Positions 1 to 10,104 are shown, counted from the first letter of the stretch. The stretch is 64,000 nt of DNA from Eubacteriales bacterium (GCA_051867875.1 JBJDZG010000004.1:12832-76831); one strand, 5' to 3'. Program-made: numbers and translations. Notes: generated by a model not told the origin, from the letters alone.

Positions 1-1
1 G

Positions 2-886
2 CTCGACCACGTTCTTCTCTACGGCCCTCCGGGACTCGGTAAGACCACTCTTTCGCACATTATTGCAAACGAGCTCGGTGTGCATATCAAGATAACCTCG
101 GGTCCCGCCATTGAAAAGCAGGGCGACCTTGTGGCGATACTTACGGGGCTTGAAGACGGCGACGTGCTCTTTATCGACGAGATACACCGCCTTTCGCGCT
201 CCATTGAAGAGGTGCTCTATCCCGCTATGGAGGACTTTTCCGTTGATATTATCATCGGCAAGGGTCCCGCAGCGAGAAGCATAAGAATTGACTTACCGAA
301 ATTTACTCTTATAGGTGCTACGACACGTGCAGGTCAGCTTACCACTCCCCTGCGCGACCGTTTCGGCGTTCTGTTAAAGCTTGAGCTTTACACTCCCGAG
401 GAGCTTGCTACGATTATAAAGAGAAGTGCAAAAATTCTCGATATTAAGATTAGCGAGGACGGCGCTTACGAAATTGCTTCGCGCTCACGCGGAACCCCGC
501 GTATCGCCAACAGGCTTCTCAAACGTGTCCGCGACTTTGCTCAGGTCATGGGCGACGGCGTGATTACGAGCGATATTGCAAATTACGCTCTCGGCAAGCT
601 TGAAATAGACCAGCTCGGTCTTGACAACACCGACAGACGTCTTTTGAATACCATAATCAAATTCTACAACGGCGGTCCTGTCGGTCTTGAAACGCTCGCG
701 GCGACCATCGGCGAGGAATCCATTACCATTGAGGACGTTTGCGAGCCCTATCTGCTTCAAATTGGCTTCCTATCCCGCACGCCCAAGGGCAGATGCGTAA
801 CCCGTGCCGCTTACGAGCATCTCGGTATTCCCTTTTACGACGGCTCCAAGGGCAGGACTGACGCAGACCAGACTACCATAATTTAA
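2..886 (+). CDS. ruvB: Holliday junction branch-migration ATPase RuvB (5' end cut by window edge)
   Basis: Frame 2 is open from nt 2. Translation [26 protein letters not shown]... has Walker A GPPGLGKT and Walker [10 protein letters not shown], typical of RuvB. The ORF-track entry 80..886 is the part from an internal Met. Confidence 0.95.
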   Translation, partial: LDHVLLYGPPGLGKTTLSHIIANELGVHIKITSGPAIEKQGDLVAILTGLEDGDVLFIDEIHRLSRSIEEVLYPAMEDFSVDIIIGKGPAARSIRIDLPKFTLIGATTRAGQLTTPLRDRFGVLLKLELYTPEELATIIKRSAKILDIKISEDGAYEIASRSRGTPRIANRLLKRVRDFAQVMGDGVITSDIANYALGKLEIDQLGLDNTDRRLLNTIIKFYNGGPVGLETLAATIGEESITIEDVCEPYLLQIGFLSRTPKGRCVTRAAYEHLGIPFYDGSKGRTDADQTTII

Positions 887-890
887 GATT

Positions 891-922
891 AAAAAACCGC
901 AGAGAAAATCTCTGCGGTTTTC
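891..922. terminator. Bidirectional rho-independent terminator between ruvB and the convergent CotF-like gene
   Basis: 9-bp stem ccgcagaga/tctctgcgg (897-905/909-917) with loop aaa. It is flanked by an A-run (891-896) and a T-run (918-921). Confidence 0.75.
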
Positions 923-933
923 ATTATCGAAAT

Positions 934-1179
934 TTAATTTGCCGAAAACTTCTGTCTTACTTCGTTTACCTGCTGAGTTTCAGCCTGCTTGGGTGCGTAC
1001 CAGCCCTTTTCCTTCATCTTGGTGTAAATCTGATTCTGAAGCTGAAGGGACTGATGCAAAGCCGATGAAAATGACGAAAACACTCTCTCGTCGCTCGCTT
1101 CAATAGCACCGTGCATATAGAGGTCGCACGCGCCCTTTTCAAGAAGCAGCATATTTTCCATGATATCTCTGTCCTGCAT
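934..1179 (-). CDS. Spore coat protein, CotF (Coat_F) family
   Basis: 81-aa ORF MQDRDIMENMLLLEKGACDLYMHGAIEAS...KGWY..QAE. It matches the pattern I recall for small clostridial Coat F-domain proteins. Confidence 0.7.
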   Translation of the reverse strand: MQDRDIMENMLLLEKGACDLYMHGAIEASDERVFSSFSSALHQSLQLQNQIYTKMKEKGWYAPKQAETQQVNEVRQKFSAN

Positions 1180-1189
1180 ATTTTCCTCC

Positions 1190-1363
1190 TTAAAGCAAAT
1201 GATAAAATCCGCTGAAAAGCTCAGCGTGTGAACGGTTGAGGTCCGTTACGAAATTTTTGAGCTCGCCGTCCTGGAGCTGTGCGGAGCTCTCCTGGCACTT
1301 TGTCTGAAAATACTTCTCGTGGCTCAAAGCGTCCTCGATATAAAGCAATTCCTTGTTTGTCAT
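1190..1363 (-). CDS. Small hypothetical protein paired with the CotF-like gene
   Basis: The ORF track gives 1190..1426. The internal ATG at 1363 (MTNKELLYIEDALSHEKYF...) follows a strong SD (aagGGAGGtaattATG), so I trimmed to it. Function is unknown. Confidence 0.55.
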   Translation of the reverse strand: MTNKELLYIEDALSHEKYFQTKCQESSAQLQDGELKNFVTDLNRSHAELFSGFYHLL

Positions 1364-1433
1364 AATTACCTCCCTTAATTTTTGCTTGGTAATTTGATTA
1401 TTGCCCTCTTTCAGTCGATTATTCATAGCGGCA

Positions 1434-1463
1434 GAAAAAAGCTCTCCATAAATTTGGAGAGCT
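1434..1463 (-). terminator. Rho-independent terminator downstream of the Mrp/ApbC-like gene
   Basis: Stem agctctcca/tggagagct (1440-1448/1455-1463). An A-run on the plus strand (1434-1440) gives a U-run on the minus transcript. Confidence 0.65.
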
Positions 1464-1473
1464 TTCGTTTTCT

Positions 1474-2307
1474 TTATTTTACGTTTTTAGCAGTTTTCAA
1501 AACCTCAACGGCAGCGTCAAGGTAATGTGAATTCATTTCCTCTATTCTGCCCGCGTCAACGAGGCTTGCAAGCTCGGGGTCAATGGGCATTTTGGAAAGA
1601 AGCTTATAGCCGAATTTCTCCGCTATCTCTTCAATATGGCTCTCTCCGAATATTTTTATCTCCTTACCGCAATCGGGGCATTTTACGTAGCTCATATTCT
1701 CGACAAGCCCTATTACATCAACACCCATCATATTAGCCATATTCGCCGCTTTTTCAACTATCATCGCCACGAGCTCCTGAGGGCTTGAAACGATTATAAT
1801 TCCGTCAAGCGGAATGGACTGAAAAACGGTGAGCGGAACGTCGCCCGTTCCGGGAGGGCAGTCAACGAAAAGATAGTCCAAATCGCCCCAAACAGTACCG
1901 CTCCAGAACTGCTTTACAGTACCCGCGATAACGGGACCGCGCCATACGACCGGCTGTGTCGCATCGGGGAGAAGCAAATTTACACTCATTATTTTAATTC
2001 CCGTAGAGCTCTCGGGAGGAATCATTCCGTCATCGTTTCCCTCAACGCCTGCGCTCACTCCGAACGCCTTCGGAATAGAGGGACCCGTGATATCCGCATC
2101 GAGTATTCCGACTTTATAGCCCGCTCTCTGCATAAGAGTGGCGAGTGCGGAGGTAACGAGGGATTTGCCAACGCCTCCCTTTCCGCTGACGACACCTATA
2201 ACGTGCTTTATTTTTGAAGCAGAATTGAGGGGCTCGAGAAAATCGGTCTTGCTCTTGGTTGAACAGTTCGAAGAACAGCTTGAGCAATTATGCGTACATT
2301 CTGACAT
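1474..2307 (-). CDS. Mrp/NBP35 (ApbC) family Fe-S cluster carrier ATPase
   Basis: Deviant Walker A VVSGKGGVGKS, a Cys-rich N-terminus (CTHNCSSCSSNC) and a CPDCG motif near the C-terminus. Start moved to the ATG at 2307 (MSECTH...), which follows gaaaGGAAGtatatat. Confidence 0.85.
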   Translation of the reverse strand: MSECTHNCSSCSSNCSTKSKTDFLEPLNSASKIKHVIGVVSGKGGVGKSLVTSALATLMQRAGYKVGILDADITGPSIPKAFGVSAGVEGNDDGMIPPESSTGIKIMSVNLLLPDATQPVVWRGPVIAGTVKQFWSGTVWGDLDYLFVDCPPGTGDVPLTVFQSIPLDGIIIVSSPQELVAMIVEKAANMANMMGVDVIGLVENMSYVKCPDCGKEIKIFGESHIEEIAEKFGYKLLSKMPIDPELASLVDAGRIEEMNSHYLDAAVEVLKTAKNVK

Positions 2308-2409
2308 ATATATACTTCCTTTCAAATTATTCTTACCGTAAATTACACAACAGACATATTATACAACGCAAAAAAGCGTTTGTCAAGCCGAGTTTTTTTC
2401 AAAAAGGGC

Positions 2410-2438
2410 TTGATTTCGTCGGTGAAAAAAGTTATACT
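2410..2438 (+). promoter_or_regulatory. Sigma-A-like promoter upstream of gpmI
   Basis: TTGATT (2410-2415), a 17-nt spacer, then TATACT (2433-2438), about 45 nt upstream of the gpmI start. Confidence 0.5.
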
Positions 2439-2481
2439 ATATGATGGTTAAAATTTATAATATTATTCACGGAGGTTCTGA

Positions 2482-4140
2482 ATGAACAAAACTCTTGAAA
2501 AACTTTCAAATTTCGGCGGAGTCAAGGGTCCCGTTCTTACGGTGGTAATGGACGGTGTAGGACTTGCTCCCGATACAGTTTCAAACGCAGTTGCCCAGGC
2601 TTACACACCCACGCTTGACTATCTTATGGCAAATTACCCCATGGTAAAGCTCAAAGCTCACGGTACGGCGGTAGGTCTTCCCTCTGACGACGATATGGGC
2701 AACAGCGAAGTAGGACACAACGCTCTCGGTTCAGGTCAGGTATTCGCTCAGGGCGCAAAGCTCGTTTCAAACTCCATTGAGAGCAAAAAAATGTTCGTGT
2801 CGCCTACTTGGTGCGAGCTTATCTCAAACGTAAAAAACAATAATTCCACTCTCCATTTCATCGGTCTTTTCTCCGACGGTAACGTTCACTCCCACATCGA
2901 CCACCTCAAAGCTATGCTTAAACAGGCTAAGGAAGAAGGCGTTTCGAGAGTAAGGATTCACATTCTCATCGACGGACGCGACGTTGGCGAAACGTCCGCG
3001 CTCGAATATATCACTCCCTTTGAGGCATTCCTCGCTTCTCTTAACGGCGACGGCTTTGATGCAAGAATAGCAAGCGGAGGCGGAAGAATGAAGATTACCA
3101 TGGACCGTTACGAGGCTAACTGGGCTATGGTTGAGGCAGGCTGGAAAACTCACGTTCTCGGCGAGGGCAGACAGTTTGCAAACGCAACTGACGCCGTTAA
3201 CACATACCGCGCTGAATACAAGGTTATCGACCAGGATCTTCCTCCTTTCGTTATCGCAGAGGACGGTAAGCCTCTCGGTACTGTCGAGGACGGCGACAGC
3301 GTTATTTTCTACAATTTCAGAGGCGACCGCTCAATCGAAATTTCCAAGGCGTTTGAAGGCGGTGCGGACTTCGACAAATTTGACCGCGTAAGAGTGCCTG
3401 ACGTCGTTTACGCAGGTATGCTTGAATACGACGGCGACCTTCATATTCCCTCAAAATATCTTGTAAATCCCCCCGAAATCACAAACACTCTCGGCGAATA
3501 CCTCACCGACACGGGTGTAAGCCAGCTTGCTATTTCCGAAACGCAGAAATACGGTCACGTAACGTACTTCTGGAACGGAAACAAGAGCGGTAAGTTCTCC
3601 GAAGAGCTTGAAACTTATATAGAAATTCCATCCGACGTCGTTCCTTTCGAGCAAAGACCTTGGATGAAGTGCGCGGAGATTACCGACAAGCTCATCGAAT
3701 GCCTTGAAAGCGGAAAATACGCCTATCTTCGCGTAAACTTCCCCAACGGCGATATGGTTGGTCATACGGGCAATCTTCTTGCAACACGTTGCTCTATGGA
3801 AGCACTCGACCTTCAGCTTAAAAGAATTATCGACGTAGTTGACAAGCTCCACGGCGTTGCTCTTATCACGGCAGACCACGGAAACGCAGACGAAATGTAC
3901 GAAATGGACAAAAAGACGAAGCTTCCGAAACCCAATAAGGACGGTTCCTTCAAGGCAAAGACAAGCCACACTCTCAACCCCGTTCCCTGCATCATCTACG
4001 ACAATTTCTACGCTGAAAGCTACACGGTTAAGGCTGACGAAGGTCAGTTCGGTCTTGCAAACGTTGCCGCTACCATGGTAAATCTTCTCGGCTACAAAGC
4101 ACCCGAGGTTTGGAACGAATCCATTATCGAAGTTAAATAA
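2482..4140 (+). CDS. gpmI: 2,3-bisphosphoglycerate-independent phosphoglycerate mutase (long ~550-aa form)
   Basis: 552-aa ORF with iPGM hallmarks: N-terminal VVMDGVGL, SEVGHNALGSG (phospho-Ser region) and C-terminal NFPNGDMVGHTG / ITADHGNA metal-site motifs. Confidence 0.9.
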   Translation: MNKTLEKLSNFGGVKGPVLTVVMDGVGLAPDTVSNAVAQAYTPTLDYLMANYPMVKLKAHGTAVGLPSDDDMGNSEVGHNALGSGQVFAQGAKLVSNSIESKKMFVSPTWCELISNVKNNNSTLHFIGLFSDGNVHSHIDHLKAMLKQAKEEGVSRVRIHILIDGRDVGETSALEYITPFEAFLASLNGDGFDARIASGGGRMKITMDRYEANWAMVEAGWKTHVLGEGRQFANATDAVNTYRAEYKVIDQDLPPFVIAEDGKPLGTVEDGDSVIFYNFRGDRSIEISKAFEGGADFDKFDRVRVPDVVYAGMLEYDGDLHIPSKYLVNPPEITNTLGEYLTDTGVSQLAISETQKYGHVTYFWNGNKSGKFSEELETYIEIPSDVVPFEQRPWMKCAEITDKLIECLESGKYAYLRVNFPNGDMVGHTGNLLATRCSMEALDLQLKRIIDVVDKLHGVALITADHGNADEMYEMDKKTKLPKPNKDGSFKAKTSHTLNPVPCIIYDNFYAESYTVKADEGQFGLANVAATMVNLLGYKAPEVWNESIIEVK

Positions 4141-4154
4141 ATTAAATCAGATAA

Positions 4155-4192
4155 AGAAAAAATCCACTCGTTTGAGTGGATTTTTTCTTTTT
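4155..4192. terminator. Bidirectional terminator between gpmI and rluD
   Basis: Stem atccactc/gagtggat with loop gttt, flanked by A-rich and T-rich runs (aaagaaaaa...ttttttcttttt). Confidence 0.75.
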
Positions 4193-4193
4193 A

Positions 4194-5141
4194 TCAAGTG
4201 CAGGTCTTTTCAAGAAGGCCGAGCACCTTTTCAAAATCCTTCGGCAAGGGTGAGGTGAACATCATGCGCTCGCCGCTTCTCGGGTGCGTGAGGTGCAATT
4301 CCTTTGCGTGCAGACACTGCCCGTGAATGCAGTCCTTATGCAACGTCTGAAAGCGCGTCTTGTCCCCTCCATAGACCTCATCTCCGAGCAGCGGGTGCCC
4401 GAGATAAGCCATGTGAACTCTTATCTGGTGCGTTCTGCCCGTTTCGAGCACGCACTGTATATAATCAAAGCCGTGATAGCGCTTGATTACTCTGTAATGC
4501 GTTATTGCATCGCGCGAGGTGTACGACTCGTTCCTTATAACCGCCATTTTCTTACGGTCAACGGGGTGGCGTCCTATGGGAGCGTCTACCGTTCCCGACA
4601 GCTCTTTCAGATTTCCTACGACTACGGCGTGGTAAACACGGCTGACGGAGTGAGTTTTGAGCTGTTCGGAAAGCGAGAGGTGGGACGCGTCATTTTTGGC
4701 AACTACCAAAAGCCCGCTGGTGTCCTTATCGATTCTGTGCACAATGCCCGGACGCGCGACTCCGCCGACGCCCGAAAGCGAATCACCGCAATGATATAGT
4801 AGCGCGTTCACGAGAGTACCGTCGGGATTTCCCGCCGCGGGGTGCACGACCATACCCGAGGGTTTATTCACGACGATAATGTCGGTGTCCTCATAAACGA
4901 TATCGAGCGGAATGTCCTGCGGAATCGCTTTTGCCTCGACAACATCGGGGTGAAATACCTCGATTATATCACTCTCGCGGATTTTATAATTCTTTGCTAC
5001 CGTCTTTCCGTTGACTAAAACAGCTCCGCCCTCGACGAGCTTTGCGCCTGCGGAGCGCGATATTTTTTCTCTCTCGGCTACGACGGTGTCTATTCTCTGC
5101 CCTATGTCGTCCTCAATCAGCTTCAGTGTCGTTTTGAGCAT
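4194..5141 (-). CDS. rluD: 23S rRNA pseudouridine synthase, RluD family
   Basis: N-terminal S4-like region (RIDTVVAE...SRSAGAKLVEGGAVLVNGK) and the catalytic HRIDKDTSGLL motif. It overlaps the 3' end of lspA, a common lspA-rluD arrangement. Confidence 0.9.
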   Translation of the reverse strand: MLKTTLKLIEDDIGQRIDTVVAEREKISRSAGAKLVEGGAVLVNGKTVAKNYKIRESDIIEVFHPDVVEAKAIPQDIPLDIVYEDTDIIVVNKPSGMVVHPAAGNPDGTLVNALLYHCGDSLSGVGGVARPGIVHRIDKDTSGLLVVAKNDASHLSLSEQLKTHSVSRVYHAVVVGNLKELSGTVDAPIGRHPVDRKKMAVIRNESYTSRDAITHYRVIKRYHGFDYIQCVLETGRTHQIRVHMAYLGHPLLGDEVYGGDKTRFQTLHKDCIHGQCLHAKELHLTHPRSGERMMFTSPLPKDFEKVLGLLEKTCT

Positions 5142-5652
5142 TTTCTTCCACTGCCTTAGCAGTTACCTCTGCAAGTTTTTTCTCTTTTTCAGCCTTCATC
5201 ACCTCTATCTCGCTTCGGAGCACGGCGATAACGAAAAGCGCTACGCCTACGCACACGAACGAATCCGCTATGTTGAAAATGGCGAATTTAATCAGTCTTA
5301 CGTCGATAAAATCTATTACGTAGCCGAGCAGACATCGGTCTATCATATTTCCGATTCCGCCGCCGAGTATAAAACTCATTCCCACGCACAGAAGCTTATC
5401 GCCGTTTCTCTCCTTCCAAAGATAGAAGAAAAGGGCAATTATCGCAACGACGGATATCGTGAGGAATATCCACCGTTCGTCGGGCTCGTTGAAGATGCTG
5501 AATGCCGCGCCCGTGTTTCTTACGTAGGTAAAATGAAACACGTTTTCAATTATCGGAACTGTTTCTTTAAGGTCTAAATTTATTACTGTCAGCCATTTGG
5601 TAAGCTGGTCGAGTCCTATCACACCGGCTATTATCAGAAGCCATACAAGCAT
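5113..5652 (-). CDS. lspA: Lipoprotein signal peptidase II
   Basis: Motifs DQLTKW, YVRNTGAAFS and FNIADS. Start trimmed to the ATG at 5652 (MLVWLLIIAG...), preceded by GGAGaaaataATG. Confidence 0.9.
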   Translation of the reverse strand: MLVWLLIIAGVIGLDQLTKWLTVINLDLKETVPIIENVFHFTYVRNTGAAFSIFNEPDERWIFLTISVVAIIALFFYLWKERNGDKLLCVGMSFILGGGIGNMIDRCLLGYVIDFIDVRLIKFAIFNIADSFVCVGVALFVIAVLRSEIEVMKAEKEKKLAEVTAKAVEENAQNDTEAD

Positions 5653-5712
5653 TATTTTCTCCGTTCTGCCGTGGAGTGCGGCGGACTTGCCGCACCCCAC
5701 GGTCTAAAATTT

Positions 5713-8505
5713 TTATTCAAGAATTTTTCTGCATCTCTCGCAGATGAATCCGTCATCCGTAAACTCGCCCTCTGTGGAGTAAGACCAGCAACGGTCGCAT
5801 TTGTGTCCGTCCGCCTTCTCTACGAGAACCGATATTCCGCTCTCGGTTTCGGTAAATGCGCCCTCTGCGGGAGTACCGCTGACGACGTGTGCCGCAGAAA
5901 CGATGAATACCGTTGCAAGGTCGTCTCCAAAGCTGTCAAGGAGAGTCTTGTGCTCCTCGCTGTCGGCAAAAACAGTAACCTTAGCGTCAAGGGATTTACC
6001 TATGAGCTTGGACGCGCGCGCAAGTTCAAGAGCTTTCATTACGTCGTCACGAAGCTCAAAGAGCTTGTTCCAGTGCTCGCTTACAGAGCCGAACGTAAAG
6101 GAGTCGGAATATTCGGGCATATCGTTGAGGAATACGCTCTCCTTAACGTCACTTGACAAGTGAGGCATAGCCTGCCAAATCTCCTCTGCGGTAAATGAAA
6201 GCATGGGAGCGATAAGTCTTGTCATACCCGAAAGTATGAGGTACATAGCGGTCTGCGCGCTTCTTCTCGCTGTGCTGTCCTTCTTCTCAACGTAAACTCT
6301 GTCCTTCGTAATGTCGATATAGAGCTTTGAGAGGTCGTTGGTACAGAAGTTATTGACGCTATGGTATACCGTGTGGAACTCGTATGTGTCATAGCCCTTG
6401 CGGATAGTTGCCGCAAGGTCGTTAAGACGGCTGAGAGCCCATTTGTCGATTTCGTAAAGCCCGTCGATGGGTACCATATCCGTATCGGGATTGAAATCGT
6501 TAAGATTTGCCAAGATGATACGGGAAGTATTTCTTATCTTTCTGTAAGTTTCGGAAAGCTGTTTGAAGATATTATCGGAAACTCGGACGTCTACGCGGTA
6601 GTCGCTCGACGCAACCCAAAGGCGAACGATATCTGCGCCGTATTTATTAATCATCTCTTCGGGAGCTACGGAATTGCCGAGGGACTTGTGCATCGCCTTA
6701 CCCTCTCCGTCAACTACCCAACCGTGTGTAAGCACGGTCTTAAAGGGCGCGCCGCCTCCGAGTGCGCCGACTGCCGTGAGAAGCGATGACTGGAACCAGC
6801 CTCTGTACTGGTCTGCGCCCTCAAGGTATACGTCGCTCGCCTCTCCGAGTTCGCGGTAGAGGTCCTGCGCGCAGAAGTGGGACGAGCCCGAGTCAAACCA
6901 ACCGTCAAGCGTGTTGTGCTCCTTGTCGAAGTGAGTGCCGCCGCAGTGAGGACATACGAAGCCCTCGGGAAGAAGCTCCTCTGCGGGAAGGTCGAACCAA
7001 GCATTCGAGCCATGCTCACCGAATATTTCGGAAATTCTCTTGATAGTTTCATCGTTGCAGATGGGTTTTCCGCAGTCCTCGCAGTAGAATACGGGAATGG
7101 GAAGTCCCCAATGTCTTTGACGGGAGATGCACCAGTCGGCTCTCTCTCTAATCATCTGCTCCATTCTGTCGCCGCCCCACTCGGGAAGCCATGTAACGCC
7201 CTTGCAAGCGGAAACTGCCTCGTCCTTGAATGCATCCACCGAGCAGAACCACTGGGGTGTTGCGCGGAAGATGATGGGATTCTTACATCTCCAACAGTGC
7301 GGATATTCATGTTCAAATTCCTTTGAAGCAAAAAGCGCTCCGCTCTCCGTCATATCCGCAAGAATAGCTTCGTTGGACTTTTCATAGTAAAGTCCTGCGA
7401 ACTTGCCCGCGTCTTTGGTCTGGAAACCTCTGTCGTCAACGGGAACAATAATATCAATTCCGTATCTCGTGCAGGTCTGATAGTCGTCCGCACCAAATCC
7501 CGGAGCAGTATGAACACAGCCCGTACCGCTGTCCATAGTGACGTAATCGGCATTTACCACGAGGCTCTCACGGTCAAGGAAGGGGTGTTTAGCCTTCATA
7601 AATTCAAATTCTTTACCGGGCATCTTTGCAACTACTTCGTAATTTTCAATCTTGCCCTCTTCCATGGTCTTGGCAAGAAGAGCCTCGGCTACGATATAGC
7701 ACTCGCCGTTCTCTGCCCTTGCTACGACGTAATCCTCGTCGGGATTGAGTGCGATGGCAAGGTTTCCGGGAAGAGTCCATGTAGTCGTCGTCCAGATGAT
7801 AAAGTAGGTATTGCTGAGGTCGCAAACGCCCGAAAGCTTTCCGAGGTCGTCGTTGACTCTGAATTTTACGTAGATAGAGGTACACTTATCGGTTGCATAC
7901 TCAATTTCGGCTTCCGCAAGCGCGGTTTCGTCCTTCGGGCACCAGTAAACGGGTTTAAGTCCCTTATAAATATAGCCCTTCTTATACATTTCGCCGAACA
8001 CGAGGACCTCTTTTGCTTCAAAATCGGGATTCATCGTGAGATAGGGGTGCTCCCAATCGGCAGTAACTCCGAGGCGCTTGAACTGCTCTCTCTGGATATC
8101 GACGAAGTTCTGTGCGAAATCGTGGCACTGGCTTCTGAACTCGGAAATGCTCATCTTCTTTCTGTCAAGCTTATTCTTTTTGATAATAGCCGACTCAATG
8201 GGCATACCGTGGTTGTCCCAGCCCGGAACGTAAGGTACTCTGTATCCTTCCATAGTCTTGGACTTGTTGATAAAGTCCTTCAAAATCTTATTAAGTGCAG
8301 TACCCATGTGGATATTGCCGTTGGAGAAAGGAGGTCCGTCGTGAAGAACGAAAACGGGCTTGCCCGCACTCCTTTCCTGCATTTGTGAGTAAAGGTCAAT
8401 ACTCTTCCAGTAGTCGAGCATAAGGGGCTCTCTTGTGGGTAGGTTTGCTCTCATCTCAAATTTCGTACTGGGAAGATTTAATGTGCTTGTGTAATCCTTT
8501 GCCAT
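5713..8505 (-). CDS. ileS: Isoleucyl-tRNA synthetase
   Basis: 930-aa class I aaRS with a HIGH-type motif (PFSNGNIHMG), KMSKS-type KMHKSLGN and a C-terminal Zn-finger CDRCW...CERC. Confidence 0.97.
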   Translation of the reverse strand: MAKDYTSTLNLPSTKFEMRANLPTREPLMLDYWKSIDLYSQMQERSAGKPVFVLHDGPPFSNGNIHMGTALNKILKDFINKSKTMEGYRVPYVPGWDNHGMPIESAIIKKNKLDRKKMSISEFRSQCHDFAQNFVDIQREQFKRLGVTADWEHPYLTMNPDFEAKEVLVFGEMYKKGYIYKGLKPVYWCPKDETALAEAEIEYATDKCTSIYVKFRVNDDLGKLSGVCDLSNTYFIIWTTTTWTLPGNLAIALNPDEDYVVARAENGECYIVAEALLAKTMEEGKIENYEVVAKMPGKEFEFMKAKHPFLDRESLVVNADYVTMDSGTGCVHTAPGFGADDYQTCTRYGIDIIVPVDDRGFQTKDAGKFAGLYYEKSNEAILADMTESGALFASKEFEHEYPHCWRCKNPIIFRATPQWFCSVDAFKDEAVSACKGVTWLPEWGGDRMEQMIRERADWCISRQRHWGLPIPVFYCEDCGKPICNDETIKRISEIFGEHGSNAWFDLPAEELLPEGFVCPHCGGTHFDKEHNTLDGWFDSGSSHFCAQDLYRELGEASDVYLEGADQYRGWFQSSLLTAVGALGGGAPFKTVLTHGWVVDGEGKAMHKSLGNSVAPEEMINKYGADIVRLWVASSDYRVDVRVSDNIFKQLSETYRKIRNTSRIILANLNDFNPDTDMVPIDGLYEIDKWALSRLNDLAATIRKGYDTYEFHTVYHSVNNFCTNDLSKLYIDITKDRVYVEKKDSTARRSAQTAMYLILSGMTRLIAPMLSFTAEEIWQAMPHLSSDVKESVFLNDMPEYSDSFTFGSVSEHWNKLFELRDDVMKALELARASKLIGKSLDAKVTVFADSEEHKTLLDSFGDDLATVFIVSAAHVVSGTPAEGAFTETESGISVLVEKADGHKCDRCWSYSTEGEFTDDGFICERCRKILE

Positions 8506-8519
8506 AATATATCTCCTTT

Positions 8520-8765
8520 AATTGTTATCGAAATCAGTATAAAAAAAGCCCCATAAACCCGAAGGCTTATGAGACGGAATTACCGCGGTACCACTCAATT
8601 TGTGTATAAAACACCACTCTGTATCTTTAACGCAGACGTACGGACCTCTTAAGGTTATTGTCGGAGGTCGGCTCAAAAGTGATTTGTGTATTCTTACTCG
8701 CCATGCGCTCGCACCGCCCGCGCACTCTCTGTCAGCTTTCGGAAAACACCGTCTTTTTCAACGCC
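8520..8765 (-). promoter_or_regulatory. T-box leader (probable Ile specifier AUC) controlling ileS
   Basis: The minus strand reads AAUUGAGUGGUACCGCGGU (plus 8584-8600), which is the T-box consensus. Downstream is a terminator, cauaagcc-UUCG-gguuuaug followed by gggcuuuuuuu. The upstream AGAGA/GUGCG stem I elements lie near ...acaaAUCac..., which may be the specifier. Confidence 0.85.
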
Positions 8766-8772
8766 ATATTGA

Positions 8773-8801
8773 ATTTTAACACAAAAAAAATTTTTTGTCA
8801 A
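8773..8801 (-). promoter_or_regulatory. Sigma-A-like promoter for the ileS T-box leader
   Basis: Minus strand: TTGACA (8801-8796), 17-nt spacer, TAAAAT (8778-8773). Confidence 0.55.
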
Positions 8802-8826
8802 CATTTTTGCATTATTTTATTTAATA

Positions 8827-9648
8827 TTATATATATTTGTCGGCAAAAAGCCTTATCCTGCCCTTTTTCGTGGGTTGGGAAACATCTCTTACGATATATT
8901 TACCATATCCGCGCGCGGAAATAATATCGTTCTCTTTAACCGCCGTGTCGGTCTTTTGAGCGATTTCGTAATTGTGCTCAACAGCGCCGCCCGTAATCAA
9001 ATTTTGCGCCTTTTCCCTTGAAAGATTGAATATCGACGCCACCACGCAGTCAAGGCGCTCTGACGCGACGGTATCGGTAAACGCTTGGTATTTTTGAGTC
9101 GAGGGCATATTAATATCGACCTCTGTCCTCTCAACTTTAACCTTGTCGTTGCCTATCGCGTTAAGGGAAAGCAGAATGTGGCTCCCGATATCCTTCGTGC
9201 AGAAAACGAGCGCGGAATGTTCATCAATTACGCAGATATCCCCAAGCGTTTCCCTCTCAATTCCAAGGGACAAAATGCTTCCGAGATAATCTCTGTGCGT
9301 GAGCGTGCGAAATCCGCTGCCCGTAATTTTGAGCGCAACGAGTGCGTCCGAAAAATCCTCGGCGAGCATATCGAAAAGCGTATTTTCATCACCGCCGTCA
9401 GCGGCGATGACAATATATTCGGGCAAAAGAAAGATTTGCTTTCTCTGGGCATTTTTGTACCCGCCGAAAAAGCAAATCCTGTCCTTCTTTCCTTTTGAGG
9501 AAAAGTAACTTTGAGCCCTGTACTGCTCGCTCGGTGTAAGAAATGACGAATGACGGACAGCTCCGCCGTCAGCTCTTCTTTCCAAATCGTCGAGCCTCGC
9601 CAAAAAGAGCTTCAGCTCTTTATTTCCATAGGCTTCAAAATAACTCAT
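8827..9648 (-). CDS. ylmH: YlmH-like S4-domain RNA-binding protein (division-cluster associated)
   Basis: 273 aa with ...SSFLTPSEQ... N-terminal region and a C-terminal S4-like region (RLDCVVASIFNLSREKAQNLITGGAVEHN). It sits in sepF-ylmH-ileS synteny, as in the Firmicute dcw-distal cluster. Confidence 0.8.
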   Translation of the reverse strand: MSYFEAYGNKELKLFLARLDDLERRADGGAVRHSSFLTPSEQYRAQSYFSSKGKKDRICFFGGYKNAQRKQIFLLPEYIVIAADGGDENTLFDMLAEDFSDALVALKITGSGFRTLTHRDYLGSILSLGIERETLGDICVIDEHSALVFCTKDIGSHILLSLNAIGNDKVKVERTEVDINMPSTQKYQAFTDTVASERLDCVVASIFNLSREKAQNLITGGAVEHNYEIAQKTDTAVKENDIISARGYGKYIVRDVSQPTKKGRIRLFADKYI

Positions 9649-9651
9649 ATT

Positions 9652-10104
9652 TTATTCAGCGTCGTTATAGGAGGATTCGTCCTCTGACTCTTCCTCAACG
9701 TTTTCAAAATCCGTAACGCCGACGTTTCTGGGAGCAAATACGAGAGTGGTCTTGGTAACGCTCTTCATATCTCCGCCGAGAACGTGAATAGCGCCCATAA
9801 GGAAGTCGATAAGTCTTATAGCTCCCTGTCTGTCGAGAGATTCAATATTGAGAACTACCGTGCTGCCTGATGCGAGATGGTCTGCGATAGCAGGACCGTC
9901 GGCATAGCTCTTGGGCTTAACCACTTTAAGAGAAACCGCACTTGAACCGCCTCCGAAAGAAACGCCTTCGCTCTTCTTTTCGCCGTATGTAGTTACGTCC
10001 TCATCGGTTTCCTCTGCATCGCCGTAAATATCATCGTCGTCACGGTAATACTTATCGTAATCGTTGCTGTCTTTCTTTCCGAAAATAGATTGTAAGTTTT
10101 TCAT
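9652..10104 (-). CDS. sepF: Cell division protein SepF
   Basis: C-terminal SepF domain: VVKPKSYADGPAIADHLASGSTVVLNIESLDRQGAIRLIDFLMGAIHVLGGDM. The ORF track starts at TTG 10116, and I prefer ATG 10104 (MKNLQS...). The start is uncertain by 4 codons. Confidence 0.85.
   Translation of the reverse strand: MKNLQSIFGKKDSNDYDKYYRDDDDIYGDAEETDEDVTTYGEKKSEGVSFGGGSSAVSLKVVKPKSYADGPAIADHLASGSTVVLNIESLDRQGAIRLIDFLMGAIHVLGGDMKSVTKTTLVFAPRNVGVTDFENVEEESEDESSYNDAE

Noticed and set aside
1364-1426. 5'-extended versions of several ORF-track entries. These are 1190..1426, 1474..2325, 5113..5700, 12715..13707, 37344..38105, 38730..39566, 45162..45728 and 59993..63361.
   Set aside because: In each case an internal ATG is preceded by a much better Shine-Dalgarno sequence and matches the usual N-terminus of the family. 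The upstream start codon often lies inside the SD itself.
8658-8924. An 88-aa plus-strand ORF spanning the ileS leader region and the ylmH 3' end.
   Set aside because: It overlaps the T-box leader, its promoter and the end of ylmH on the opposite strand. It has no SD and a nonsense-like composition.
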